From: the human T2T-CHM13v2.0 reference genome, Homo sapiens
Length of the DNA: 64,000 bases
NCBI RefSeq assembly: GCF_009914755.1
Contig: NC_060933.1
Direction: 5' to 3' (one strand)
Every line of letters starts with the position of its first letter. Position 1 is the stretch's first letter. Below the pieces are notes generated by a model. The model was not told where the DNA came from. It saw only the letters and a list, made by a program, of their open reading frames with translations, and ran no database searches. The translations under genes were made by a program, and so were the position numbers. This document shows positions 27,451 to 40,720 of the stretch, piece after piece.

Positions 27451-30400
27451 CGAATAGAATGGAATGGAATGGAATGGAATGGAATGGAATGGAATCAACT
27501 CGATTTCAATGGAATGGAATGGAATGGAATGGAATGCAATGGAAGGGAATGGAATGGAATGGAATGAAATTAACCCGAATATAATGGAATGGAATGGAAT
27601 GGAATGGAATGGAATGGAATGGAATGGAATGGAATAGAATGGAATCCACCCGAGTGCAAGGGAATGGAATGGAATGGAATGCAATGGAATGGAATCATAC
27701 GGAATGGAATGGAATGGAATGGAATGCAATGGAAAGGAATGGAATCACCCGATTGAAATGGAATGGAGTGGAATGGAATGGAAAGGAATGGAAACAACCC
27801 GAAAGTTATGGAATGTAATGGAGAGTAAGGGAATTGAATAGAGTCAATACGAATGTAATGGAATGGAATGGAACGGAATGGAATGCAATGGAATGGAATG
27901 GAATGCAATGGAATGGGATCAACCCGAGTGAAATGGAATGGAATCGAAAGGAATGGAATGGAATGGAATGGTTTCAACCCGAATGGAATGGAAAGGAATG
28001 GAATGAAACCGAGTGGAATGCAATGGAATGGAATGGAATGGAATGGGTTCAACTCGAATGGAATGGAAAGGAATGGAATCAACCCGAGTGGAATGGCATG
28101 GAATGGAATGGAATGGAATGGAAGGGAATGGAATGGAATGGAATTAACCTGAAGAGAATGGAAGGGAATGGAATGGAACGGAACGGAATGGAATGGAATA
28201 GAATGGAATGGAATGGAATGCAATGGAATGGGATCAACCCGAGTACAGGGGAATGGAATGCAATGGAATGCAATGGAATGGAATCATCCCGAATGGAATG
28301 GAATGGAATGGAATGCAATGGAATGGAATCAATCAACCCGAGTGCAATAGAATGCAGTGGAATGGAATGGAATGGTATGGAAACTACCCGAATGGAATAG
28401 AATGTAATGGAGTGTAAGGGAATTAAAAAGAATCAATCCGAATGTAATGGAATTGAATGGAACGGAATGGAAAGGAATGGAATGGAATGGAATGGAATGG
28501 AATGGAATGGAATTAACCCGAATAGAATGGAAAGGAATGGAATGGAATGGAATGGAATGGAATGGAATGGAATGGAATGGAACGGAAAAGAATGGAATGG
28601 AACGAAATGGAATGGAATGTAATGTAATGTAATGGAATGGAATGGAATGGAATGGAATGGAATGGAATCAACCCGAGTGCAGGGGAATGGAATGGAATTG
28701 AAGGCAATGGAATGGAATCATCCGGAATTGAATGGAATGGAATGGAATCAACTCGATTGCAATGGAATGCAATGGAATGCAATGGAATGGAATGGAATGG
28801 AATGGAATGGAATGGAATGGAATGGAATGGAATGGAATTAACCCGAATAGAATGGAATTGAATGGAATGGAATGGAATGGAAGTAAATGGAATGGAATGT
28901 AATGAACCCGAGGGCAGGGGAATGGAATGGAATGGAATGCAATGGAATGGAGTCATCCGGAATGGAACAGAAAGGAATGGAATGGAATCAACCCGTGTGC
29001 AATGGAATGGAAAGGAATGGAATGGAATGGAATGGAATGGAATGCAATGGAATGGATTCAACCCGAATGGAATGGAAAGGAAGGGAATCAACCCAAGTGG
29101 AATGGCATGGAATGGAATGGAATGGAATGGAATGGTACCGAATAGAATGGAATGGAACGAAATGGAATAGAATGGAATGGAATGGTATGGAAACAACCCG
29201 AATGGAATGGAATGAAATGGAGTGTAAGGGAATTGAATACAATCAATCCGAATGTAATGGAATGGAATGGAACGGAATGGAATGGAATGGAATGGAATGC
29301 AGTGGAATGGAATCAAACCTAGTGCAATGGAATGGAATGGAATGGAATGGAATGGAATGGAATGGAATGGAATGGAATGGATTCAACCCAAATGGAATGG
29401 AAAGCAATGGAATCAACCCGAGTGGAATGGCATGGAATGGAATGGAACGGAATGGAATGGAATGGAATGGAATGGAATGGAATGGAATGGTACGGAATAG
29501 AATGGAATGGAACGAAATGGAATGGAATGGAATGGAATGGAACGGAAAGGAATGGAATGGATTCAACTCGAATGGAATGGAAAGGAATGGAATCAACCCG
29601 AGTGGAATAGCATGGATTGGAATGGAAAGGAATGGAATGGAATGGTACGGAATAGAGTGGAATGGAACGAAATGGAATGGAATGGAATGGAATGGGATGG
29701 AATGGAATGGAATGGAATGGAATGGAATCAACCCGAGTGCAGGGGAATGGAGTGGAATGGAAGGCAATGGAATGGAATCATCCGGAATGGAATGGAATGG
29801 AATGGAATGGAATGGAATGGAATGGAATGGAATCAACCTGAGTGCAGGGGAATGGAATGCAATGGAATGCAATGGAATGGAATGGAATGGAATGCAATGG
29901 AAACAAATCGATTGCAATGGAATGGAATGGAATGGAATGGAATGGAATGGAATGGAATGGAATGGAATGGAATTAACCTGAACAGAATGGAATGGAATGG
30001 AATGGAATGGAACGGAATGGAATGGAATGGAATGGAATGGAATGGAATTAACCCTAATAGAATGGAATGGAATGGAATGGAATGGAATGGAATGGAATGG
30101 AAGGAAATGGAATGGAATGGAATGGAATGGAATGGAATGGAATGGAATGGAATGGAATGGAATAGTACGGAATAGAATGGAATGGAACGAAATGGAATGG
30201 AATGGAATGGAATGGAATGGAATGGAATGGAATGGAATGGAATCAACCCGAGTGCAGGGGAATGGAATGGAATGGAAGGCAATGGAATGACATCATTCGG
30301 AATTGAATGGAATGGAATGGAATGTAATGGAATCAACTCGATTGAAATGGAATGGAATGGAATGGAATGGAATGGAATGGAATGGAAGTGAATGGAATGG

Positions 30401-33400
30401 AATGTAATGAAACCGAGTGCAGGGGAATGGAATGGAATGGAATGCAATGGAATGGAGTCATCCGGAATGGAACGGAATGGAATGGAATGGAATCAACCCG
30501 AGTGCAATGGAATGGAATGGAATGGAAAGGAATGGAATGGAATGGTCTCAACCCGAATGGAATGGAAAGGAATGGAATCAACCCGAGAGGAATGGCATGG
30601 AATGGAATGGAATGGAATGGAGTGGAATGGTACACAATAGAATGTAATGGAACGAAATGGAATGGAATGGAATGGAATGGAATGGAATGGAATGGAATCA
30701 TTCCGAGTGGAATAGAAGGGAATGTTTTCGAGTGGAATGAAAAGGAATGGAATCAACCAGAGTGGAATGGAATGGAATCGAGTGGAATGGAATGCAATCG
30801 AATGGAATGGAAAGGAATAGAATGGAATCAACCCGAGTGGAATGGAATGGAAAGGACTGGAATGGAATGGAATGGAATGCAATGGAATCAACTCGATTGC
30901 AATGAAATGGAATGGAATGGAATGGAATGGAATGGAATGGAATTAACCGGAATAGAATGGAATTGAATGGAATGGAAAGGAATGGAATGGAATAGAATGG
31001 AATGGAATGGATTCAACTCGAATGGAATGGAAAGGAATGGAATCAACCCGAGTGGAATGGCATGGAATGGAATGGAATGGAATGGAATGGAATGGAATGG
31101 AATTAACCCTAATAGAATGGAATGGAATGGAATGGAATGGAATGGAATGGAATGGAATGGAATGGAATGGAATGGAAGGAAATGGAATGGAATGGAATGG
31201 AATGGAATGGAATGGAAGGAAATGGAATGGAATGGAATGGAATGGAATGGAATGGTACGGAATACAATGGAATGGAACGAAATGGAATGGAATGGAATGG
31301 AATGGAATGGAATGGAATGGAATGGAATGAAATCAACCCGAGTGCAGGGGAATGGAATGGAATGGAAGGCAATGGAATGAAATCATTCGGAATTGAATGG
31401 AATGGAATGGAATGGAATGGAATCAACTCGATTGAAATGGAATGGAATGGAATGGAATGGAATGGTATGGAATGGAATGGAATGGAATGGAATGGAAGTG
31501 AATGGAATGGAATGTAATGAAACCGAGTGCAGGGGAATGGAATGGAATGGAATGCAATGGAATGGAGTCATCCGGAATGGAACGGAATGGAATGGAATGG
31601 AATCAACCCGAGTGCAATGGAATGGAATGGAATGGAAAGGAATGGAATGGAATGGATTCAACCCGAATGGAATGGAAAGGAATGGAATCAACCCGACAGG
31701 AATGGCATGGAATGGAATGGAATGGAATGGAGTGGAATGGTACGGAATAGAATGTAATGGAACAAAACGGAATGGAATGGAATGGAATGGAATGGAATGG
31801 AATGGAATGGAATGGAATCATTCCGAGTGGAATAGAAGGGAATGTTTTCGAGTGGAATGAAAAGGAATGGTATCAACCAGAGTGGAATGGAATGAAATCG
31901 AATGGAATGGAAAGGAATAGAATGGAATCAACCCGAGTGGAATGGAATGGAAAGGACTGGAATGGAATGGAATGGAATGCAATGGAATCAACTCGATTGC
32001 AATGAAATGGAATGGAATGGAATGGAATGGAATGGAATGGAATGGAATGGAATAGAATGGAAAGGAATCACCCCAAGTGCAGGGGAATTTAATGGAATGG
32101 AATGCAGTGGAATGGAATCATCCGGAATGGAATGGAATGGAATGGAATGGAACAGAATGGAATGGAATCAACTCGATTTCAATGGAATGGAAAGGAATGG
32201 AATGGAATGGAATGGAATGCAATGGAATCGTACGGAATAGAATGGAATGGAACGAAATGGAATGTAATGGAATGGAATGGAATGGAATGGAATGGAATGG
32301 AATGGAACGGAATGGAATGGAATGAACCCGCGTGCAATGGAATGGAACGGAATGGAATGGAATGGAATGGAATGGAATGGAATGGGTTCAACTCGAATGG
32401 AATGGAAAGGAATGGAATCAACACGAGTGGAATGGCATGGAATGGAATGGAATTGAAAGAAATGGAATGGAATGGAATGAAATGTAATCGAATGGAAAGG
32501 AATGGAATCAACACGAGTGGAATGGCATGGAATGGAATGGAATTGAATGAAATGGAATGGAATGGAATGGAATGAAATGTAATGTAATGGAATGGAATGG
32601 AATCAACCCGAGTGCAATGTAATGGAATAGAATGGAATGGAATGGAATGGAATGGATTCAACCCGAACGGAATTAAAAGGAATGGAATATACCCGAGTAG
32701 AATGGCATGGAATGGAGTGGAATGGAATGGAATGGAATGGAATGGAATGGTACGGAATAGAATGGAATGTAACGAAATGGAATGTAAGGGAATGGAATGG
32801 AATGAAGCCGTGTGCAATGGAATGGAATGGAATGGAATGGAATGGAATGGAATGGAATGGATTCAACTCTAATGGAATGGAAGGGAATGGAATCAACGCG
32901 AGTGGAATGGCATGGAATGGAATGGAATGGAATGGAATGGAATGGAAGTAAATGGAATGGAATGGAATGAACCCGAGTGCAGGGGAATGGAATGGAATGG
33001 AATGGAATGGAATGGAATGGAATGCAGTGGAATGGAATCAAACCTAGTGCAATGGAATGGAATGGAATGGAATGGAATGGAATGGAATGGATTCAACCCA
33101 AATGGAATGGAAAGCAATGGAATCAACCCGAGTGGAATGGCATGGAATGGAATGGAATGGAATGTAATGGAATGGAATGGAATGGAATGGAATGGTACGG
33201 AATAAAATGGAATGGAACGAAATGGAATGGAATGGAATGGAATGGAACGGAATGGAATGGAATCATTCCGAGTGGAATAGAAGGGAATGAATTCGAGTGG
33301 AATGGAAAGGAATGGAATCAACCAGAGTGGAATGGAAGGGAATGGAATGGAAACTAATAAAATGGAATCAACACGAGTGGAATGGAATGGAAAGGATTTG

Positions 33401-33599
33401 AATGGAATGGAATGGAATGGAATGGAATCAAGTCGATTGCAATGGAATGTAATGGAATGGAGTGGAATGGAATTAACGCGAATAGAATGGAATGGAATGG
33501 AATGGAATGGAATGGAATGGAATAGAATGGAATGGAATCAACCTGAGTGCAGGGGAATGGAATGCAATGGAATGCAATGGAATGCAATGGAATGGAATG

Positions 33600-36500
33600 G
33601 AATGGAATGGAATCAACGCGAGTGCAGGGGAATGGAATGTAATGGAATGCAATGGAATGGAATCTTCTGGAATGGAATGGAATGGAATGGAATCAACCCG
33701 AGTGCAATGGAATGGAGTGGAATGGAATGGAATGGAAGGGAATGGAACAACCCGAATAGAATCGAAAGTAATGGAGAGTAAGGGAGTTGAATAGAATCAA
33801 TCCGAATGTAATGGAATGGAATGGAACGGAATGGAATTGAATGGTATGGAATGGAATGCAATGGAATGGAATCAACCCGAGTGCAATGGAATGGAGAGGA
33901 ATGGAATGGAAACTACCCGAATGGAATGGAATGAAATGGAGTGTAAGGGAATTGAATAGAATCAATCCGAATGTAATGGAATGGAATGGAACGGAATGGA
34001 ATGGAATGGAATGGAATGGAAAACAATGGAATGGAATCAACCCGAGTGCAATCGAATGGAATCGAACGTAATGGAATGCAATGGAATGGATTCAACTTGA
34101 ATGGAATGGAAAGAATGGAATCAATACGAGTGGAATGGCATGGATTGGAATGGAATGGAATGGAATCAACCCGAGTACAGGGGAATGGAATGGAATGGAA
34201 TGCAATGGAATGGAATCATCCGTAATGTAATGGAAAGGAATGGAATGGAATGGAATGGAATGGAATGGAATGGAATCAACTCGATTGCAATCGAATGGAA
34301 TGGAATAGAATTAACCCAAATAGAATGGAATGGAATGGAATGGAATGGAACGGAAAGGAATGGAATGGAATGGAATGGAATAGAATGGAATGGAACAGAA
34401 CGGAACGGAACGGAACGGAACGGAATGGAATGGAATGGAATGGAATGGAATGGAATGGAATGGAATCAACGCGAGTGCAGGGGAATGGAATGGAAAGGAA
34501 TGCAATGGAATGGAATCTTCCGGAATGGAATGGAATGGAATGGAATGGCATGAAATGCAATGGATTCAACTCGATTGCAATGGAATGGAATAGAATGGAA
34601 TGGAATGGAATGGAATGGAATTAACCCGAATAGAATGGAATGGAATGGAATGGAACGGAATGGAACGGAATGGAATGGAATGGAATGGAATGGAATGGTA
34701 TGGAATGGAATGGAATGGAATCAACACGAGTGCAATGGAATGGAGTGGAATGGAATGGAATGGAATGGAACAACCCGAATGGAATGGAATGGAATGGAGA
34801 GTAAGAGAGTTGAATAGAATCAGTCCGAATGTAATGGAATGGAATGCAACGGAATGGAATGGAATGGAATGGAATGGAATGGAATGCAATGGAATGGAAT
34901 CAACCCGAGTACAATGGAATGGAATGGAATGGAATGGAATGGAATGGAATGGAATTGAATGGAATGGAATGCCTTCAAACCGAATGGAATGGAAAGGAAT
35001 TGAATCAACAAGAGTGGAATGGAATGGAATGTAATGGAAAGGAATGGAATGGAATGGAATGGTACGGAATAGAATGGAATGGAAGGAAATGGAATGGAAT
35101 GGAATGGAATGGAATGGAATGGAATGGAATGGAATGGAATCGTTCCAAGTGGAATAGGAGGGAATGTATTCGAGTGGAATGGAAAGGAATGGAATCAACC
35201 AGAGTGGAATGGAAGGGAATGGAATGGAATGGAAACTAATAGAATGGAATCAACCAGAGTGGAATGGAATGGAAAGGACTGGAATGGAATGGAATGGAAT
35301 GGAATGGAATCAACTCGATTGTAATAGAATGGAATGGAATGGAATGGAATGGAATGAAATGGCATGGAATGGAATTAACCCGAATGCAATGGAATGGAAT
35401 GGAATGGAAGGGAATGGAGTGGAATGGAATGGAATCAACCCGAGTGCAGGGAAATGGAATGGAATGGAATGCAATGGAATGGAATCATCCGGAATGGAAT
35501 GGAATGGTATGGAATGCAAAGCAATGGAATCAACTCGATTGCAATGGAATGGAATGGAATGGAAAGGAATAGAATGGAATCAACCCGAGTGGAATGGAAT
35601 GGAAAGGACTGGAATGGAGTGGAATGGAATGGAATGGAATGGAATGGAATGGAATCAACTCGATTGGAATGGAATGGAATGGAATGGAATGGAATGGAAT
35701 GGAATGGAATCAACTCGATTGCAATCGAATGTAATGGAATGGAATTAACCCGAATAGAATGGAATGGAATGGAATGGAACGGAACGGAATGGAATGGAAT
35801 GGAATGGAATGAAATGGAACGGAACGGAACGGAACGGAATGGAATGGAATGGAATGGAATGGAATGGAATGGAATGGAATGGAATCAACGCGAGTGCAGG
35901 GGAATGGAATGGAATGGAATGCAATGGAATGGAATCTTCCGGAATGGAATGGAATGGAATGGAATGGAATGAAATGCAATGGATTCAACTCGATTGCAAT
36001 GGAATGGAATGGAATGGAATGGAATGAAATGCAATGGATTCAACTCGATTGCAATCGAATGGAATAGATTGGAATGGAATGGAATGGAATGGAATGGAAT
36101 GGAATGGAATGGAATTAACCCGAATAGAATGGAATGGAATGTAATGGAACGGAATGGAACGAAATGGAATGGAATGGAATGGAATAGAATGGAATGGTAT
36201 GGAATGGAATGGAATGGTACGGAATAGAATGGAATGGAACGAATTGTAATGGAATGGAATTGAATGGAATGGAATGAAATGGAATGGAATGGAATCAACG
36301 CGAGTGCAGGGGAATGTAATGGAACGGAATGCAATGGAATGGAATCATCCGGAATGGAATGGAATGGAATGGAAAGGAATGGAATCAACCCGAGTGCAAT
36401 GGAATGGAGTGGAATTGAATGGAATGGAATGGAACAACCCGAATGGAATGGAATGTAATGGAGAGTAAGGGAGTTGAATAGAATCAATCCGAATGTAATG

Positions 36501-39500
36501 GAATGGAATGCAACGGATTGGAATGGAATGGAATGGGATGGAATGCAATGGAATGGAATCAACCCGAGTACAATGGAATGGAATGGAATGGAATGGAATG
36601 GAATGGAATGGAATGGAATGCCTTTAAACAGAATGGAATGGAAAGGAATGGAATCAACACGAGTGGAATGGAATGGAATGGAATGGAATGGAATGGAATG
36701 GAATGGAATGGAATGATACGGAATAGAATGTAATGGAACGAAATGGAATGGAATGGAATGGAATGGAATGGAATGGAATGGAATGGAATCGTTCCGAGTG
36801 GAATAGGAGGGAATGTATTCGAGTGGAATGGAAAGGAATGGAATCAACCAGAGTGGAATGGAAGGGAACGGAATGGAATGGAAACTAATAGAATCGAATC
36901 AACCCGAGTGGAATGGAATGGAAAGGACTGGAATGGAATGGAATGGAATGGAATGGAATCAACTCGATTGTAATGGAATGGAATGGAATGGAATGGAATG
37001 GAATGGAATGGAATTAACCCGAATACAATGGAATGGAATGGAATGCAACGGAATGGAGTGGAATGGAATGGAATCAACCCGAGTGCAGGGGAATGCAATG
37101 GAATGGAATGCAATGGAATGTAGTCATCCGGAATGGAATGGAATGGAATGGAATGCAAAGCAATGGAATCAACTCGATTGCAATGGAATGGAATGGAATG
37201 GAAAGGAATACATTGGAATCAACCCGAGTGGAATGGAATGGAAAGGACTGGAATGGAGTGGAATGGAATGGAATGGAATGGAATGGAATCAACTCGATTG
37301 GAATGGAATGGAATGGAATGGAATGGAATGGAATGGAATTAACCCGAATAGAATGGAATGGAATTGAATGGAACGGAACGGAACGGAATGGAATGGAATG
37401 GAATGGAATGGAATGGAATGGAATGGAATGGAATCAACCAGACTGCAGGGGAATGGAATGGAATGGAATGCAATGGAATGGATTCAACTTGAATGGAATG
37501 AAAAGAATGGAATCAACACGAGTGGAATGGCATGGATTGGAATGGAATGGAATGGAGTCAACCCGAGTACAGGGGAATGGAATGGAATGGAATGCAATGG
37601 AATGGAATCATCCGTAATGGAATGGAAAGGAATGGAATGGAATGGAATGGAATGGAATGGAATGGAATAGAATCAACTCGATTGCAATCGAATGGAATGG
37701 AATGGAATTAACCCAAATAGAATGGAAAGGAATGGAATGGAACAGAACGGAACGGAATGGAATGGAATGGAATGGAATGGAACGGAAAGGAAGGGAATGG
37801 AATGGAATAGAATGGAATGGAATGGAATCAACGCGAGTGCAGGGGAATGGAATGGAATGGAATACAATGGAATGGAATCTTCCGGAATGGAATGGAATGG
37901 AATGGAATGGAATGGAATCAACCCGAGTGCAGTGGAATGGAGTGGAATGGAATGGAATGGAATGGAACAACCCGAATGGAACGGAATGTAATGCAGAGTA
38001 AGGGAGTTGAATAGAATCAATCCGAATGTAATGGAATGGAATGGAACGGAATGGAATTGAATGGTATGGAATGGAATGCAATGGAATGGAATCAACCCGA
38101 GTGCAATGGAATGGAGAGGAATGGAATGGAAACTACCCGAATGGAATGGAATGAAATGGAGTGTAAGGGAATTGAATAGAATCAATCCGAATGTAATGTA
38201 ATGGAATGGAACGGAATGGAATGGAATGGAATGGAATGGAATACAATGGAATGGAATCAACCCGAGTGCAATCGAATGGAATCGAATGTAATGGAATGCA
38301 ATGGAATGGATTCAACTTGAATGGAATGGAAAGAATGGAATCAATACGAGTGGAATGGCATGGATTGGAATGGAATGGAATGGAATCAACCCGAGTACAG
38401 GGGAATGGAATGGAATGGAATGCAATGGAATGGAATCATCCGTAATGTAATGGAAAGGAATGGAATGGAATGGAATGGAATGGAATGGAATGGAATCAAC
38501 TCGATTGCAATCGAATGGAATGGAATGGAATTAACCCAAATAGAATGGAATGGAATGGAATGGGATGGAACGGAAAGGAATGGAATGGAATGGAATGGAA
38601 TAGAATGGAATGGAACGGAACGGAACGGAACGGAATGGAACGGAATGGAATGGAATGGAATGGAATGGAATGGAATGGAATCAAAGCGAGTGCAGGGGAA
38701 TGGAACGGAAAGGAATGCAATGGAATGGAATCTTCCGGAATGGAATGGAATGGAATGGAATGGCATGAAATGCAATGGATTCAACTCGATTGCAATGGAA
38801 TGGAATAGAATGGAATGGAATGGAATGGAATGGAATTAACCCGAATAGAATGGAATGGAATGGAATGGAACGGAATGGAACGGAATGGAATGGAATGGAA
38901 TGGAATGGTATGGAATGGAATGGAATGGAATCAACACGAGTGCAATGGAATGGAGTGGAATGGAATGGAATGGAATGGAACAACCCGAATGGAATGGAAT
39001 GGAATGGAGAGTAAGAGAGTTGAATAGAATCAGTCCGAATGTAATGGAATGGAATGCAACGGAATGGAATGGAATGGAATGGAATGGAATGCAATGGAAT
39101 GGAATCAACCCGAGTACAATGGAATGGAATGGAATGGAATGGAATGGAATGGAATTGAATGGAATGGAATGCCTTCAAACCGAATGGAATGGAAAGGAAT
39201 TGAATCAACAAGAGTGGAATGGAATGGAATGGAATGGAAAGGAATGGAATGGAATGGAATGGTACGGAATAGAATGGAATGGAAGGAAATGGAATGGAAT
39301 GGAATGGAATGGAATGGAATGGAATGGAATGGAATGGAATCGTTCCAAGTGGAATAGGAGGGAATGTATTCGAGTGGAATGGAAAGGAATGGAATCAACC
39401 AGAGTGGAATGGAAGGGAATGGAATGGAATGGAAACTAATAGAATGGAATCAACCCGAGTGGAATGGAATGGAAAGGACTGGAATGGAATGGAATGGAAT

Positions 39501-40720
39501 GCAATGGAATGGAATGGAATCAACTCGATTGTAATAGAATGGAATGGAATGGAATGGAATGGAATGAAATGGCATGGAATGGAATTAACCCGAATACAAT
39601 GGAATGGAATGGAATGGAATAGAATGGAATGGAATGGAATCAACGCGAGTGCAGGGGAATGGAATGGAATGGAATACAATGGAATGGAATCTTCCGGAAT
39701 GGACTGGAATGGAATGGAATGGAATGGAATCAACCCGAGTGCAGTGGAATGGAGTGGAATGGAATGGAATGGAATGGAACAACCCGAATGGAACGGAATG
39801 TAATGGAGAGTAAGGGAGTTGAATAGAATCAATCCGAATGTAATGGAATGGAATGGAACGGAATGGAATTGAATGGAATGGAATGGAATGCAATGGAATG
39901 GAATCAACCCGAGAGCAATGGAATGGAGAGGAATGGAATGGAATGGAATGGAAACTACCCGAATGGAATGGAATGTAATGGAGTGTAAGGGAATTGAATA
40001 GAATCAATCCGAATGTAATGGAATGGAATGGAACGGAATGGAATGGAATGGAATGGAATGGAATGGAATGGAATGGAATGCAATGTAATGGAATCAACCC
40101 GATTGCAATTGAATGGAATCGAATGGAATGGAATGCAATGGAATGGATTCAACTTGAATGGAATGGAAAGAATGGAATCAACACGAGTGGAATGGCATGG
40201 ATTGGAATGGAATGGAATGGAATCAACCCGAGTACAGGGGAATGGAATGGAATGGAATGCAATGGAATGGAATCATCCGTAATGGAATGGAAAGGAATGG
40301 AATGGAATGGAATGGAATGGAATGGAATCAACTCGATTGCAATCGAATGGAATGGAATGGAATTAACCCGAATAGAATGGAATGGAATGGAATGGAACGG
40401 AACGGAATGGAATGGAATGGAATGGAATGGAATGGAATGGAATGGAATTGAACGGAACGGAATGGAATGGAATGGAATGGAATGGAATGGAATCAACGCG
40501 AGTGCAGGGGAATGTAATGGAATGGAATGCAATGGAATGGAATCTTCCGGAATGGAATGGAATGGAATGGAATGGAATGAAATGCAATGGATTCAACTCG
40601 ATTGCAATGGAATGGAATAGAATGGAATGGAATGGAATGGAATGGAATTAATCCGAATAGAATGGAATGGAATGGAATGGAACGGAATGGAATGGAACGG
40701 AATGGAATGGAATGGAATGG
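33600..40720 (+). repeat. HSat3 sub-type A domain (right arm, first)
   Basis: TCATCCGTAAT, GATTCAACTTGAAT, AATCTTCCGG, CAACGCGAGTGCAGG and GAGTAAGGGAGTTG, the reverse complements of the 1-10.2k markers. Confidence 0.75.
33659..40553. promoter_or_regulatory. Seven consensus three-unit heat-shock elements (nGAAnnTTCnnGAAn); motif match only
   Basis: GGAATCTTC(C/T)GGAAT at 33659, 34512, 35931, 37874, 38727, 39686 and 40539. Confidence 0.5.

Larger units (their letters stand above)
10240..33600. repeat. HSat3 sub-type B domain spanning the inversion
   Basis: On the G-rich strand, marker words GAACCCGTGTGC, AAACCTAGTGC, TTCAACCCAAAT, ATAAACCCGAGT, GAATACAATCAATCC and AATTAAAAAG. I saw no TCTTCCGG, TCATCCGTAAT or TTCAACTTGA. 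Confidence 0.7.
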
